Positions 1-11,224 of a DNA stretch of 26,147 nucleotides are shown here, piece by piece. Each line of letters begins with the position of its first letter. Position 1 is the stretch's first letter. The DNA is from Verrucomicrobiota bacterium (GTDB lineage: Bacteria > Verrucomicrobiota > Verrucomicrobiia > Opitutales > UBA953), in NCBI GenBank assembly GCA_041176065.1, contig JBEDDU010000051.1:1-26147 (forward strand), written 5' to 3'. The translations under genes were made by a program, and so were the position numbers. Under the pieces are notes generated by a model. That model was not told the origin of the DNA. It worked only from the letters and a program-made list of their open reading frames with translations, and searched no databases.

Positions 1-2
1 TG

Positions 3-671
3 TCCCTCCTGTCCGCCAAGGCCGCCGCCCTCGCCGGCGACACCGCCAAGGCCGAGGCCGCGCTCGAGCGCGCCACCAAGATCTGGCCGCAGAATCCCGG
101 CGTGAAGGAATTCGCCAACCAGGTCGTGAGCCGCCAGGACACCCTCGCCCAGAAGGTCCCCGAGTTCGACCGCCTGATGGCCGAGTCCAAGTGGCGTGAG
201 ATCTTCAACAAGAAGCTCGAGTACGCCTTGGCCCTCGCGCAGGACAAGGAGCGCTCCGACAAGCTCCGCAAGGTCGTGCAGCGCGTCGGCGAGCTCGACG
301 CCAACATCCAGAAGGCCTCGATGCTGGCGGCCCAGAACAATCCTTACCTGGCGTGGGACGTCATCGTGGAGGCCTACAAGACCGAATCCGACGACCTCGT
401 GCTCGCCAAGACCCGTTCCGACATCGCGCCGCTCGTCGCCGGCTACGCCCAGCTCATCGGCCGGGCCGAGAAGCTCGAGAAGGAAGGCGCCGAAGCCGCG
501 GCCCTCGCCGCCTGGCTGGCCGCGCAGGACCTCAACCCGGCTTCGCCGGCCTGCGGCGCGGCCGTCAAGCGCCTCGCCCGCTCGGTCGCCGAAAGCGCCG
601 TGATCCGTTCCGAGGGGACCGTGCCGTCGCCTCCGGCCGCGGACGACATCCCGGCTCCGCCGGCGAAGTAA
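3..671 (+). CDS. Hypothetical alpha-helical (TPR-like) protein, C-terminal part, 5'-truncated
   Basis: The frame is open from position 3 (SLLSAKAAALAGDTAKAEAALERATKIWPQNPGV...) to TAA at 669-671, with strongly GC3-biased codons. Motifs such as 'ERATKIWPQNP' and 'WLAAQDLNPASP' resemble TPR helix-turn ends. It has a Pro-rich C-tail. Confidence 0.75.
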   Translation, partial: SLLSAKAAALAGDTAKAEAALERATKIWPQNPGVKEFANQVVSRQDTLAQKVPEFDRLMAESKWREIFNKKLEYALALAQDKERSDKLRKVVQRVGELDANIQKASMLAAQNNPYLAWDVIVEAYKTESDDLVLAKTRSDIAPLVAGYAQLIGRAEKLEKEGAEAAALAAWLAAQDLNPASPACGAAVKRLARSVAESAVIRSEGTVPSPPAADDIPAPPAK

Positions 672-674
672 GCC

Positions 675-1469
675 TCACCAGAGGCTGACCGGATTGTCTT
701 CGAGAGGGTCGACCACCGTGACGCGGAGGTCGGTCTTCCGGTCGCGCACTTCGTTCATCAGCGCGTCGACGATGACGGTCCGGTTGCATTCCTTGCTCAG
801 GTGCCCGAGGTAGAGCTCGGTCGCCTGCCATTCGCGCAGGCCGAGGAGCAGGTCCTTGGTCTGGGTGTTGGAGAGATGGCCGAAATTGCCGCGGATGCGC
901 TGCTTGAGCGAGACCGGCCGCTTGGAAAGGTCGAGCATCTCGTCGTCGTAGTTCGACTCCAGCACGAGGATGTCCGCCAGCGCCACATGGTGCCGGACGA
1001 CGGGGGTGACGTGGCCGAGGTCCGTCAGCCAGGTCAGGCGTTTCGCGGGCCGGGCGTCTTCGGCGGGGAGGTCGAAGGCGTAGCCCACCGGGTCGGCGGC
1101 GTCGTGCGGGATCGGGATCGCGGTGACCTGCAGGCCCTTGAACTCGAAGGTGGTGCCGGTCTCGAACAGCTGCCAGTCCGGCTGGGACTTGAAGGAGTCC
1201 TTGATGCGCCGCGCGGTCTCGCGGTTGGCGAAGACCTTGAGCTGCGGATTCTGGCGGAGCAGGGCGGGCAGCCCGACGCAGTGGTCGGAGTGCTCGTGCG
1301 TGATGAAGACGGCGTCGAGCGCCCGGGCTTCGATCCCGAGCTTCTGCAGGGAGGCCTCGAGCCGCGGTCCTTGGAAACCCGCATCAAGCATCACCCGCGC
1401 GCCGCCGACCTCGAGCAAGGAGCAGTTGCCGGAACTGCTGGTGCCGAGGATGTGGAAGGCGAAAGCCAT
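675..1469 (-). CDS. MBL-fold metallo-hydrolase, WalJ/YycJ-like
   Basis: Contains GTSSSGNC, the HxHxDH motif THEHSDH, HDA, TDLG, LESNYD, GHLSN and LGHLS. Start chosen at ATG 1469 (MAFAFHILG), 264 aa. Confidence 0.9.
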   Translation of the reverse strand: MAFAFHILGTSSSGNCSLLEVGGARVMLDAGFQGPRLEASLQKLGIEARALDAVFITHEHSDHCVGLPALLRQNPQLKVFANRETARRIKDSFKSQPDWQLFETGTTFEFKGLQVTAIPIPHDAADPVGYAFDLPAEDARPAKRLTWLTDLGHVTPVVRHHVALADILVLESNYDDEMLDLSKRPVSLKQRIRGNFGHLSNTQTKDLLLGLREWQATELYLGHLSKECNRTVIVDALMNEVRDRKTDLRVTVVDPLEDNPVSLW

Positions 1470-1572
1470 GCGGAGGCCGATGCAACCCCGTGACCTCGTC
1501 GTCTTCAAGCCGCCATTCGACCTTTTCCGCTTGAGGGCGACCGCGACCGGAGGGAAGGTAGGTCATCCCGCC

Positions 1573-2868
1573 ATGCCCTCCCTTCCTCGCGTCATCAGCA
1601 TCATCATGGGGGGCGGCCGCGGCTCCCGCCTTTACCCCCTGACGAAGGACCGCTGCAAGCCGGCGGTGCCCCTCGCGAGCAACTACCGTCTGGTCGACAT
1701 CCCGATCAGCAACTGCCTCAACTCGGGCTTCAACCAGATCTTCGTGCTGACGCAGTTCAACACGGCCTCCCTCCATAAGCACATCCAGCAGACCTACAAG
1801 TTCGACGGTTTCGGGCGCGGCTTCGTCGACATCCTCGCCGCCGAGCAGACCGGCGACAAGGAGAGCTGGTATCAGGGTACGGCCGACGCGGTCCGTCAGA
1901 ACCTGCACCACTACAACCTCAAGGACGAGGACCTCGTCCTGATCCTCTCCGGCGACCAGCTCTACCGCCTCGATTTCGACGAGCTCGCCCGTCAGCACAT
2001 CGAGAACGCCGCCGACGTCACCATCGCCGCCAAAGCGATGCCTTCCGACCAGGTCTCCGCCCTCGGCGTCATGCGCGTCAACGCCGACCTCCGTATCGTC
2101 GAGTTCGTCGAGAAGCCCAAGGATCCGGCGGTGATCTCCTCCCTCGTGCTCGGCGGCAACGCCCGCGCCCGCCTCTCCGACAAGTCGGACAAGCCCTACT
2201 GCCTGGCTTCGATGGGCATCTACATGTTCTCCGGCAAGGTGATGCGCGAGGCCCTCTCCGACCACACCCAGACCGACTTCGGCAAGGAAGTCATCCCGGG
2301 CCTGCTCGCCTCCAAGCGCATGATGGCCTACGTCTTCGACGGCTACTGGGAGGACATCGGCACGGTCGGCTCCTTCTGGGAGTGCAATCTCACCCTCACG
2401 GATCCGGTGCCTCCGTTCGATTTCTTCGACGGTCAGAACCCGGTCTACACCCACGCCCGTTACCTCCCGCCCGCCAAGCTCAACGGCGCCCGCTCCTCGC
2501 GCGTGCTCATGGCCGACGGCGCGATCGTCGACGATTCCGAACTCAACCGCTGCGTGATCGGCGTCCGCTCCGTCATCCGCGGCGGCTCCCGCCTCGAGAA
2601 CGTCGTGATGATGGGCGCCGACGCCTTCGAGCGTCCGCACGACCTCGCCCGCAACAACTCCCTCGGCCGTCCCGACATCGGCGTCGGCGCCAACTGCCTC
2701 ATCCGCAACGCGATCATCGACAAGAACGCGCGCATCGGCGAGGGCTGCCGTCTGGCCCCCACGGGCCTGCCGGAGAAGTGGGAGACGGAGGCCTTGTTCG
2801 TCCGTGACGGCGTGATCGTCGTCAAGAAGGGCGCGATCGTGCCTCCGGGCACGGTGGTCGGGGAATGA
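1573..2868 (+). CDS. glgC: Glucose-1-phosphate adenylyltransferase (ADP-glucose pyrophosphorylase)
   Basis: Contains GGGRGSRLYPLTKDRCKPAVP, WYQGTADAV, ILSGDQLY, FVEKP, SMGIY, WEDIGT and a C-terminal left-handed beta-helix (IRNAIIDKNARIG). Start is ATG 1573, 431 aa. Confidence 0.97.
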   Translation: MPSLPRVISIIMGGGRGSRLYPLTKDRCKPAVPLASNYRLVDIPISNCLNSGFNQIFVLTQFNTASLHKHIQQTYKFDGFGRGFVDILAAEQTGDKESWYQGTADAVRQNLHHYNLKDEDLVLILSGDQLYRLDFDELARQHIENAADVTIAAKAMPSDQVSALGVMRVNADLRIVEFVEKPKDPAVISSLVLGGNARARLSDKSDKPYCLASMGIYMFSGKVMREALSDHTQTDFGKEVIPGLLASKRMMAYVFDGYWEDIGTVGSFWECNLTLTDPVPPFDFFDGQNPVYTHARYLPPAKLNGARSSRVLMADGAIVDDSELNRCVIGVRSVIRGGSRLENVVMMGADAFERPHDLARNNSLGRPDIGVGANCLIRNAIIDKNARIGEGCRLAPTGLPEKWETEALFVRDGVIVVKKGAIVPPGTVVGE

Positions 2869-3926
2869 AGACCTACGCGCTGACTTATTGGTTCACCTGG
2901 GCGTTCCTGGTGGTCGCCGCGGCCCTCACGGGCATGGCGTCGCTCAAGGACGCTTTCTTCGGCGGGCTCTTCGCCTCCGGGCTCTCGGCCCTGCTCACGC
3001 GTACCTACGTCCGCGCCGGCGCCCGCTATGCGCCGCTGCTCGGCGCGACCGCAGGTACCTTCTGGGTCGTCTTGATGTTCTTCCGGCTCCGCTGGTTCGG
3101 TCAGCCGGATGATTTCCTGTCGGCCCAGTGGACCTTGGGGGTCGACATCTCGGTCCATGCCGCGGGTTTCGCCGGTGCGGCCTTGCTCGTCGCTTTGCGC
3201 GACCGTCATGCCTTTGGTCGCGCCTTGGGCGGCGGCCTGCTCCTGGCTTCGGCCATGACGGCGGTGCCTTATGGTGTGATCGCGTGGATCGACCATCGTG
3301 TGGCCGGTCCTTTGGAGCTCGTGCTGCTGGTCAACGCGGACGTCCGTCCCGACGAAGGTCCGGTCCGTCGCGCCGGTGCCGTGCGCGCGGAACTCACGCC
3401 GACGGAAGTCGCTTTCCTCAAGGAGCGGATGCTGGTGGTGGACGGCCCCGGCGGCACGGAAGTCCTCGATGAAGCGGGGCGGCGCTATTGGCCGCTGTGG
3501 CGCCGCCGTCTCGTCTATCCCGGTAATCCCGGCGGCCCGGTCCGCACCTTGGTGGTCCTCCTGCCTCCGGATCTTCCGGCCGAGACCTGGGAACTGCCCG
3601 TCCATCAGGAGCCGACCGGGCTTGCGTTGGCGGTCTTAGGTTCGGCGAAATCCTTCCGCTTCAGCGGCGGTCCCGCCAGCCAAGCCGTCCGCGTCGAGCT
3701 CTCCCTCGCCGTCAAGTCGCGAGAGGGCGTGCCGACCTATCAGCATCTGCAGGCCGAGGTGTTCCGTCGTTCTCCGGTCGGCGATCTTTACGCCCCGGTG
3801 CTGACCAAGGGGCTGGCGCCGGCTTTCCCGACGACGGCCGTCGATGAATCGGCCCAGCCGGCCGAGGCTGGCAAAGGACGCCCGGTCCGCCCGAAGTTCG
3901 GTGCCGCCCCCGGCGGGGCGCGCTGA
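2865..3926 (+). CDS. Hypothetical membrane protein (about 5 N-terminal TM helices plus a soluble C-terminal domain)
   Basis: 353-aa ORF with an ATGA overlap with the glgC stop. The first ~140 aa contain several hydrophobic stretches. It fills the gap up to the convergent ABC gene. Confidence 0.7.
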   Translation: MKTYALTYWFTWAFLVVAAALTGMASLKDAFFGGLFASGLSALLTRTYVRAGARYAPLLGATAGTFWVVLMFFRLRWFGQPDDFLSAQWTLGVDISVHAAGFAGAALLVALRDRHAFGRALGGGLLLASAMTAVPYGVIAWIDHRVAGPLELVLLVNADVRPDEGPVRRAGAVRAELTPTEVAFLKERMLVVDGPGGTEVLDEAGRRYWPLWRRRLVYPGNPGGPVRTLVVLLPPDLPAETWELPVHQEPTGLALAVLGSAKSFRFSGGPASQAVRVELSLAVKSREGVPTYQHLQAEVFRRSPVGDLYAPVLTKGLAPAFPTTAVDESAQPAEAGKGRPVRPKFGAAPGGAR

Positions 3927-3932
3927 CCTCCG

Positions 3933-5737
3933 TCAGGTCGTCGAACTCAGGAAGTCCCGGTGCAGGGCGGCGTAGGCGCCTTGTCGGCTCAGGAGTTCGT
4001 CATGCGTGCCGCGTTCGACGATGCGGCCGGCCTCGAGGACGAGCACGCAGTCCGCGCGCCGGATGGTGCTGAGGCGATGCGCGACGACGAAACTGGTGCG
4101 GCCCTTCATCAGGCGCGTGAGCGCGACCTGCAGGCGGGCTTCGGTCAGCGTGTCGACGGCGCTGGTGGCCTCGTCGAGGACGAGGATGCGCGGGTCGGCG
4201 AGCAGGGCGCGGGCGAAGGCCACGAGCTGCTGCTGGCCCATCGACAGGCCGCGGCCCTTCTCGGAGCAGGGCGTATGGATGCCTTCCGGCAGGGCTTCGA
4301 TGAGGTCGAGGCAGTCGAGGTCGCGGAACGCCTGGCGGATCTCCTCCTCGGTGGCGTCCGGGCGGGCGGCCTTGACGTTCTCGGCGATCGTGCCGGCGAA
4401 GAGGAAGTTCTGCTGGAAGACGAAGCCCATCTGGCGGCGGAGCGTCTCCTGCCGCAGGTCGGCGAGGTCGTGTCCGTCGACGAGCACCTGGCCGGCGAGC
4501 GGTAGCTGGAACTTCGCGAGCAGGCCGATGATCGTCGACTTGCCGGACCCCGTGTGGCCGACCAACGCGATGACCTGGCCGGGCTGGGCCGTGAAGCTGA
4601 CGCCATGGAGCGCCGGGCGGTCCGGCACGTAGGCGAAGCCGACGTCGCGGAATTCCACCCGGCCCTGCAGCCGCGGGCAATCGCCGGCGCCGGGCTTATC
4701 CGTCCAGGCGGGCGGGGTGTCGAGCACCCGGAAATAGCGTTCGGCTCCCGCCATCGCGAGGGTCGCTTCGGACAGCTGCGTCCCGATGATCGTGATCGGG
4801 GAGAAGAACAGGTCCGCCAGGAAGAAGAACGTGACGAGGTCGCCCAGGCCCGTGCCCGTGCCGGAGAGCGCGGCCCAGCCGCCGACGCCGATGAGGGCGG
4901 CCATGAACCCGTGGGCGTTGAGTTCGAGCAGCGGCAGGTAAAGCGAGGTCAGGCTGGCGGTCTTCACGACGTTGCCCGCGAGGCTCCGGACCAGGCGCGT
5001 GAAGATGCCCGCGTTCGTGTCCTCGCGGGCGAAGCCCTGCGTCACCCGGATGCCTTGGACCGTCTCGGCGAGGGCCGAGGTGACGCGCGAGAAGGTCTCC
5101 TGCTGCACGCGGGAGGCGTGCAGGATGCGTCCGCGGAAGAACGCGTGGACGAGCAGCAGGCAGGGCACGATGGCCAGCAGGACCAGGAAGAGGCGCGGAT
5201 TCGCCAGCAGCATCAGCGCTGCCGCGGCGGTCATCTGCCCGAACGAGACGAACGTGATGAAGAAATTGTTCTGCACCCCGTTGCGCATCGCCTCGATGTC
5301 CGAGATCATGCGGCTGATGAGGCTGCCGTGGCGCCGGGCGTGGAAGAACGACAGCGGCTGCGTCAGGAGGTGCGCCATCAGGCGGTCGCGCAGGTCGCGG
5401 AGCACGTTCTCGCCGATCTGGTGCGCCAGTCGGATGCGCCAGTAGAGGGCGACGTCGGCCACGACGAAGAACACCGTGAAGAGGGCGAGCGCCCGGAAGG
5501 TCGCGGGTCCGTCGCCGGCCTGGACCGGTCCGCGGATGATGGCCCCGACGAACCAGGCGAGGCCCGGGAGGGCGAGCGCCCGGAAGACGCACAGCGCCAG
5601 CAGGGTGTTCCGCATCCCGCGATGCGGACCGGTGAAGGCCAGCAGCCGGGTGATGGTCGACCAGCGCAACGGAAGCCGGTCCGGTTCTTCTTCGTCGGGC
5701 CGCAGTCGGCGCACGGCGATCTCGAGGGGGGGCTTGC

Positions 5738-5741
<4 letters not shown>
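3933..5741 (-). CDS. ABC exporter half-transporter (TMD+NBD), MdlB/TM288-like subunit
   Basis: N-terminal TM domain, Walker A GHTGSGKS, Q-loop VFQQNFLF, signature LSMGQQQL, Walker B ILVLDEATSAVD, switch AHRLST. 602 aa. Confidence 0.93.
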
Positions 5742-7567
<1,826 letters not shown>

Positions 7568-7589
7568 GCGCGTCGGGGCGCAGGCGGGC

Positions 7590-8459
7590 TCAGCGGATCA
7601 TCTGGCCTTCGCGCGAAGCCTTCTTGCGGAACTCGGCGAGGATGCGGCCGGTGAGCGGGCCGGGTTTGCCGGTGCCGATCTTGCGCGCGTCGACTTCGAT
7701 GACCGGGATGACTTCCGCGGCGGTGCCCGTCAGGAAGCACTCGTCGGCGTTCCAGACGTCGTAGCGGGTGATGTTGGTCTCGACGGTCGGGATGCCGAGG
7801 GCGGCGGCGACTTCGAGGGCGACCTGGCGGGTGATGCCGACGAGGGCGCCGGCATGGGAGGCCGGGGTGATCAGGCGACCCTTGTGGATCAGGAAGACGT
7901 TGTCGCCGCTGCACTCGGAGACGTAACCCTGCTCGTTGAGCATCAGGCATTCGTGGAAGCCGTGCTGCTGGGCCTCCATCTTCGCCATGATGTTGTTCAG
8001 GTAGTTGAGGGACTTGATCATCGGCGGCAGGGCGGCCGGGCTGATGCGGCGCGTCGGAGCGGTGATGATGCGCATGCCCGTGGCGTAGAGTTCCTCGGGG
8101 TAGAGCTTGATGGAGTCGGCGATGCAGACGATCGACGGGGTCGGGCAGTTCTTCGGCGAGAGGCCGAGGTCGCCGAAGCCGCGGGAGACGACGAGGCGGA
8201 TGTAGCCGTCGGTCAGGTTGTTGCGTCGGCAGGATTCGCAGACGATTTCGGCGATCTCCTTGCGGGACCAAGGCATGTCGAGGCAGAGGGCCTTGGCGGA
8301 CATCTCGAGGCGCTCGAGGTGCTCGTCCAGGCGGAAGACGCAGCCCTGGTAGAGGCGGATGCCTTCGAAGATACCGTCACCATAGAGGAAACCGTGGTCG
8401 AAGACGGAGATCTTGGCCTCGGCCTTGGGGTAGAACTTACCGTCGATGTAGACTTCCAT
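7590..8459 (-). CDS. ilvE: Branched-chain amino acid aminotransferase (PLP fold IV)
   Basis: Contains FDHGFLYGDGIFEG, PLP-lysine region IKSLNYLNN, ECSGDNVF, GITR, and ECFLTGTAAEVIPV. 289 aa. Confidence 0.95.
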   Translation of the reverse strand: MEVYIDGKFYPKAEAKISVFDHGFLYGDGIFEGIRLYQGCVFRLDEHLERLEMSAKALCLDMPWSRKEIAEIVCESCRRNNLTDGYIRLVVSRGFGDLGLSPKNCPTPSIVCIADSIKLYPEELYATGMRIITAPTRRISPAALPPMIKSLNYLNNIMAKMEAQQHGFHECLMLNEQGYVSECSGDNVFLIHKGRLITPASHAGALVGITRQVALEVAAALGIPTVETNITRYDVWNADECFLTGTAAEVIPVIEVDARKIGTGKPGPLTGRILAEFRKKASREGQMIR

Positions 8460-8465
8460 GGTGGT

Positions 8466-8506
8466 GAAAAGCCTACCTTGGCGGGTAGGCTGGTCTTTTT
8501 CCAGCC
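8466..8506 (-). terminator. Hairpin with a short U-tract (candidate terminator) and an overlapping alternative hairpin upstream of ilvE
   Basis: Perfect inverted repeat AGCCTACC (8470-8477) / GGTAGGCT (8484-8491) with a 6-nt loop, followed on the minus strand by TTTTC. A second repeat GGCTGG (8488-8493) / CCAGCC (8501-8506) overlaps it. Confidence 0.45.
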
Positions 8507-8540
8507 CGAAAGCCCCTTTTCCGTTGGTAATCAGGCCGAG

Positions 8541-9773
8541 TCAGGCCGACTCGCGGACGGTCAGGCGGAATTTGCCTGAGTCTTCCGGGGTGAGCAGGCC
8601 GACCGTGCAGGAGGTGACAGGGGCGCCCAGCAGGACGGTAAGTCGTTCCTTGAGCGTCTCCTGGGCGGAAGCCAGGCCATCGTCGGTCATCGCAGGCAGG
8701 AGGTTCAGGTGCGCCGATCCGTCCGGTTGCTGACGCAGCTGGTAGTGGGCGACGCCGCTGAGTCCTTTGAAGGCCGCGTCGACCTGCCGGGTGGTCACGA
8801 TCCGTCCGTCGGCGCCACGAAGGGCGTCGCGTTTACGGCCGTGCACCAGGTAGCCGTCGGCGACACGTTCGACGAAGTCGCCGATCTCGTAGCGCAGCAA
8901 GGGCAGGTATGGGTTCGTCAGCGTCGTGACGAGGAGCTCGCCGACGCCGGCGGCCGCCGTCGTTTCGAGGAGCGCGGTCTCGGGGCTCGGGCGCATGACG
9001 CCGTCGACGTCGACCAGCAGGTGGCCGGTCTCGCTCGAGCCGTAAAGGTCGATGACCGGCACGCCGAAGACGCGCTCCATGATGGTGCGATGCGTGACGC
9101 TGGTGAATTCGTAACTCGTCAGGATGAACCGCAGGGAAGGGAAGCGTCGGCCGTGCCTTTCGCAGTGCAGGGCGAACCAGGCCCCGTGGACGGGGTCCAC
9201 GTCGAGGAAGGCGGGCGCCCAGCCTGCGACTTCGTCGGCCATCACGGCCAGCTTGTCATCGCCGAGGCTGAAGGGGATCCGCGTCTGGTTCACGTAACGG
9301 CTGTCGCCGAGCGTGCGTTGTTCGAGGTTGAGCCAGCGGTTGTAGCAGCTGACGCCGCTGCAGCCCGGCGTGGTCAGGACGGCGCGACGCAGGCTGAGCC
9401 GTTCTCCGAGGAGCCCGGCGATGAAGGGATTCCTGGTCAGGGCGCGACGTTCCTGCTCGGCCCACCAGGTCTTGCCGAAGACCACGCGCACGCTGGCGCC
9501 GGAAGTGCCGGAAGTGCTTTCCTCCTCGATGAGTCCGCGCGACAGCAAGGACTCGACCGACAGTCCTGGGGCAAGGAAACCCTCGGGGGAGTGCTCCCGC
9601 AGCTGGCTCTTCGTGATGCGCGGAAGGTCCGACAGGCGCGTGGCAGGATCGGCGAAGGCCGATTGCCAGACGGATGAATCGTAGAAAGGGACTCCGGCGG
9701 TCTGGGCGATCGCGTCTCGCAGGCTCGAGACATCGTCGCTGGCGCGGGCGCTGGGAGCGGTCGTGGTCGGCAT
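8541..9773 (-). CDS. Adenylate-forming enzyme, phenylacetate-CoA ligase (PaaK)/CapK-like
   Basis: ANL-family motifs STSGTSG, YGSSETG, LLRYEIGD, HGRKRD and C-terminal SGKFR. Start is uncertain (ATG 9773 chosen; 9821 is the alternative). Confidence 0.82.
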   Translation of the reverse strand: MPTTTAPSARASDDVSSLRDAIAQTAGVPFYDSSVWQSAFADPATRLSDLPRITKSQLREHSPEGFLAPGLSVESLLSRGLIEEESTSGTSGASVRVVFGKTWWAEQERRALTRNPFIAGLLGERLSLRRAVLTTPGCSGVSCYNRWLNLEQRTLGDSRYVNQTRIPFSLGDDKLAVMADEVAGWAPAFLDVDPVHGAWFALHCERHGRRFPSLRFILTSYEFTSVTHRTIMERVFGVPVIDLYGSSETGHLLVDVDGVMRPSPETALLETTAAAGVGELLVTTLTNPYLPLLRYEIGDFVERVADGYLVHGRKRDALRGADGRIVTTRQVDAAFKGLSGVAHYQLRQQPDGSAHLNLLPAMTDDGLASAQETLKERLTVLLGAPVTSCTVGLLTPEDSGKFRLTVRESA

Positions 9774-9880
9774 GAGCCCAAGGAGCAAGCAAGCGGCGTG
9801 AAAGCAAAACGCCGACGTCATTTAACGGAGGAAACTTTGCATATAGCTGGTTTCGGCCCCGTCGGCTGGAACTATCAGGA

Positions 9881-9914
9881 TTGAACGCGGTCTTTCGTGT
9901 TCATATCACCCCGT
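9881..9914 (+). promoter_or_regulatory. Candidate leaderless promoter for the Gfo/Idh/MocA gene
   Basis: TTGAAC (9881)-N17-TATCAC-N5-ATG (9915), with no SD motif. Confidence 0.4.
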
Positions 9915-11201
9915 ATGCGATTACCCCGTCGTTCATTTCTGCGTAAGGCCGCCGTCGCCGCGCTTGGCTTCACGATCATCCCGCGCCACGTCCTCGGTCG
10001 CGGCTTCGTCCCGCCCAGCGAGACCCTGAACCATGTGATCGTCGGCTGCGGCGGCATCTCGACGATGCACTCCGAGCCTCGCATGACGGGCAAGAACCGC
10101 ATCGTCGGCATCTGCGACGTCGACGCCCAGCGCGTGCAGAAGAAGCTCGAGCGCATCAAGCAGTCCGGCGGCGGCACGCCGATGACGGCCGAAGATTTCC
10201 GCGAAGTGATCGCCTTGCCCGACGCCGACGTCGTCCACGTCTGCACGCCGCCGCATTGGCACGGCGTCATCGCCGCCATGGCCGCCCGTCGCGGCAAGGC
10301 CGTCTGGTGCGAGAAGCCGCTGACGCGCACGATCGGGGAGGGTATCGCCCTCAACCGCGTCGTACAGCAGACCGGCGTACCTTTCCGCGTGAACACCTGG
10401 TTCCGCCTCAATCGCACGAATTACTACGGCGTGGGTCCGGCCCGCGAAATTCGTCGCGTCGTCGCGAGCGGCGTCCTCGGCGGTCCGCTGACGGTGCGTC
10501 TCGCCCCGGTCGGCGGCATCCAGTGGAAGGTGAACCTCTGGACTGGTAAGCCGGACCTTCAGCCTCAGCCCGTTCCCTCCCATTTGAACTGGGACCTCTA
10601 CTGCGGTCCGTCGCAACTGATTCCGTACCACCCCCATCGCTGTCATGGTTCCTTCCGCGGTTACTGGAACTTCGACCAGGGCGGCCTGGGCGACATGGGC
10701 CAGCACTTCCTGGATCCGGTGCAGTATTTCCTGGGTAAGGACGGGGAATTCCCGGTCAGCGTCGAGTGCGACGCCCCGCCTCAGGACGCCATGGCCTGCG
10801 GCGTCTGGAAGACCGTCACGCTGACTTACAAGGACGGCACGCGCATCATCCTGGAGTCCGAACTTGCCGAGCGTAATCCGGAGAACCCCTTCCTCGAAGG
10901 ACCGAACGGCAAGCTCTTCGCCGGCATGCGTTGCAGCCGTCCTGAGCTGCTCGCCAAGGCCGCCGAATTCCCGCTGCCGGAATATCAGGAAGATGACTTT
11001 GACCTCTGCGCCCGCGAGAGGCGGCCGTTCGGCTACGGCGTCAGCGAGGCTTTCCGCAGTTCGACGCTCGTGAACCTCGCCGCCCTGAGCGTCCGTCTCG
11101 GCCGCAAGCTCACCTTCAAGGCCGACGGTTCCGGCTTCGTCGGTGACGACCAGGCCAACCAGCTCCATTCTCCCGCGCTCCGCGGTAACTGGTCCATCTG
11201 A
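9915..11201 (+). CDS. Gfo/Idh/MocA-family oxidoreductase with Tat signal peptide
   Basis: Twin-arginine PRRSFLRKAAVAALG, Rossmann motif VIVGCGG, VCTPPHWH, WCEKPL, catalytic DMGQHFLD. Start is ATG 9915. Confidence 0.92.
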   Translation: MRLPRRSFLRKAAVAALGFTIIPRHVLGRGFVPPSETLNHVIVGCGGISTMHSEPRMTGKNRIVGICDVDAQRVQKKLERIKQSGGGTPMTAEDFREVIALPDADVVHVCTPPHWHGVIAAMAARRGKAVWCEKPLTRTIGEGIALNRVVQQTGVPFRVNTWFRLNRTNYYGVGPAREIRRVVASGVLGGPLTVRLAPVGGIQWKVNLWTGKPDLQPQPVPSHLNWDLYCGPSQLIPYHPHRCHGSFRGYWNFDQGGLGDMGQHFLDPVQYFLGKDGEFPVSVECDAPPQDAMACGVWKTVTLTYKDGTRIILESELAERNPENPFLEGPNGKLFAGMRCSRPELLAKAAEFPLPEYQEDDFDLCARERRPFGYGVSEAFRSSTLVNLAALSVRLGRKLTFKADGSGFVGDDQANQLHSPALRGNWSI

Positions 11202-11224
11202 GCCCACTCCCGCCCGTCACGATC

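Noticed and set aside
8531-8549. TCAGGCCGA tandem as a target-site duplication of an inserted PaaK-like gene
   Set aside because: Both copies are on the same side of the gene, there is no matching copy near 9780-9900, and no transposase or integrase is present.
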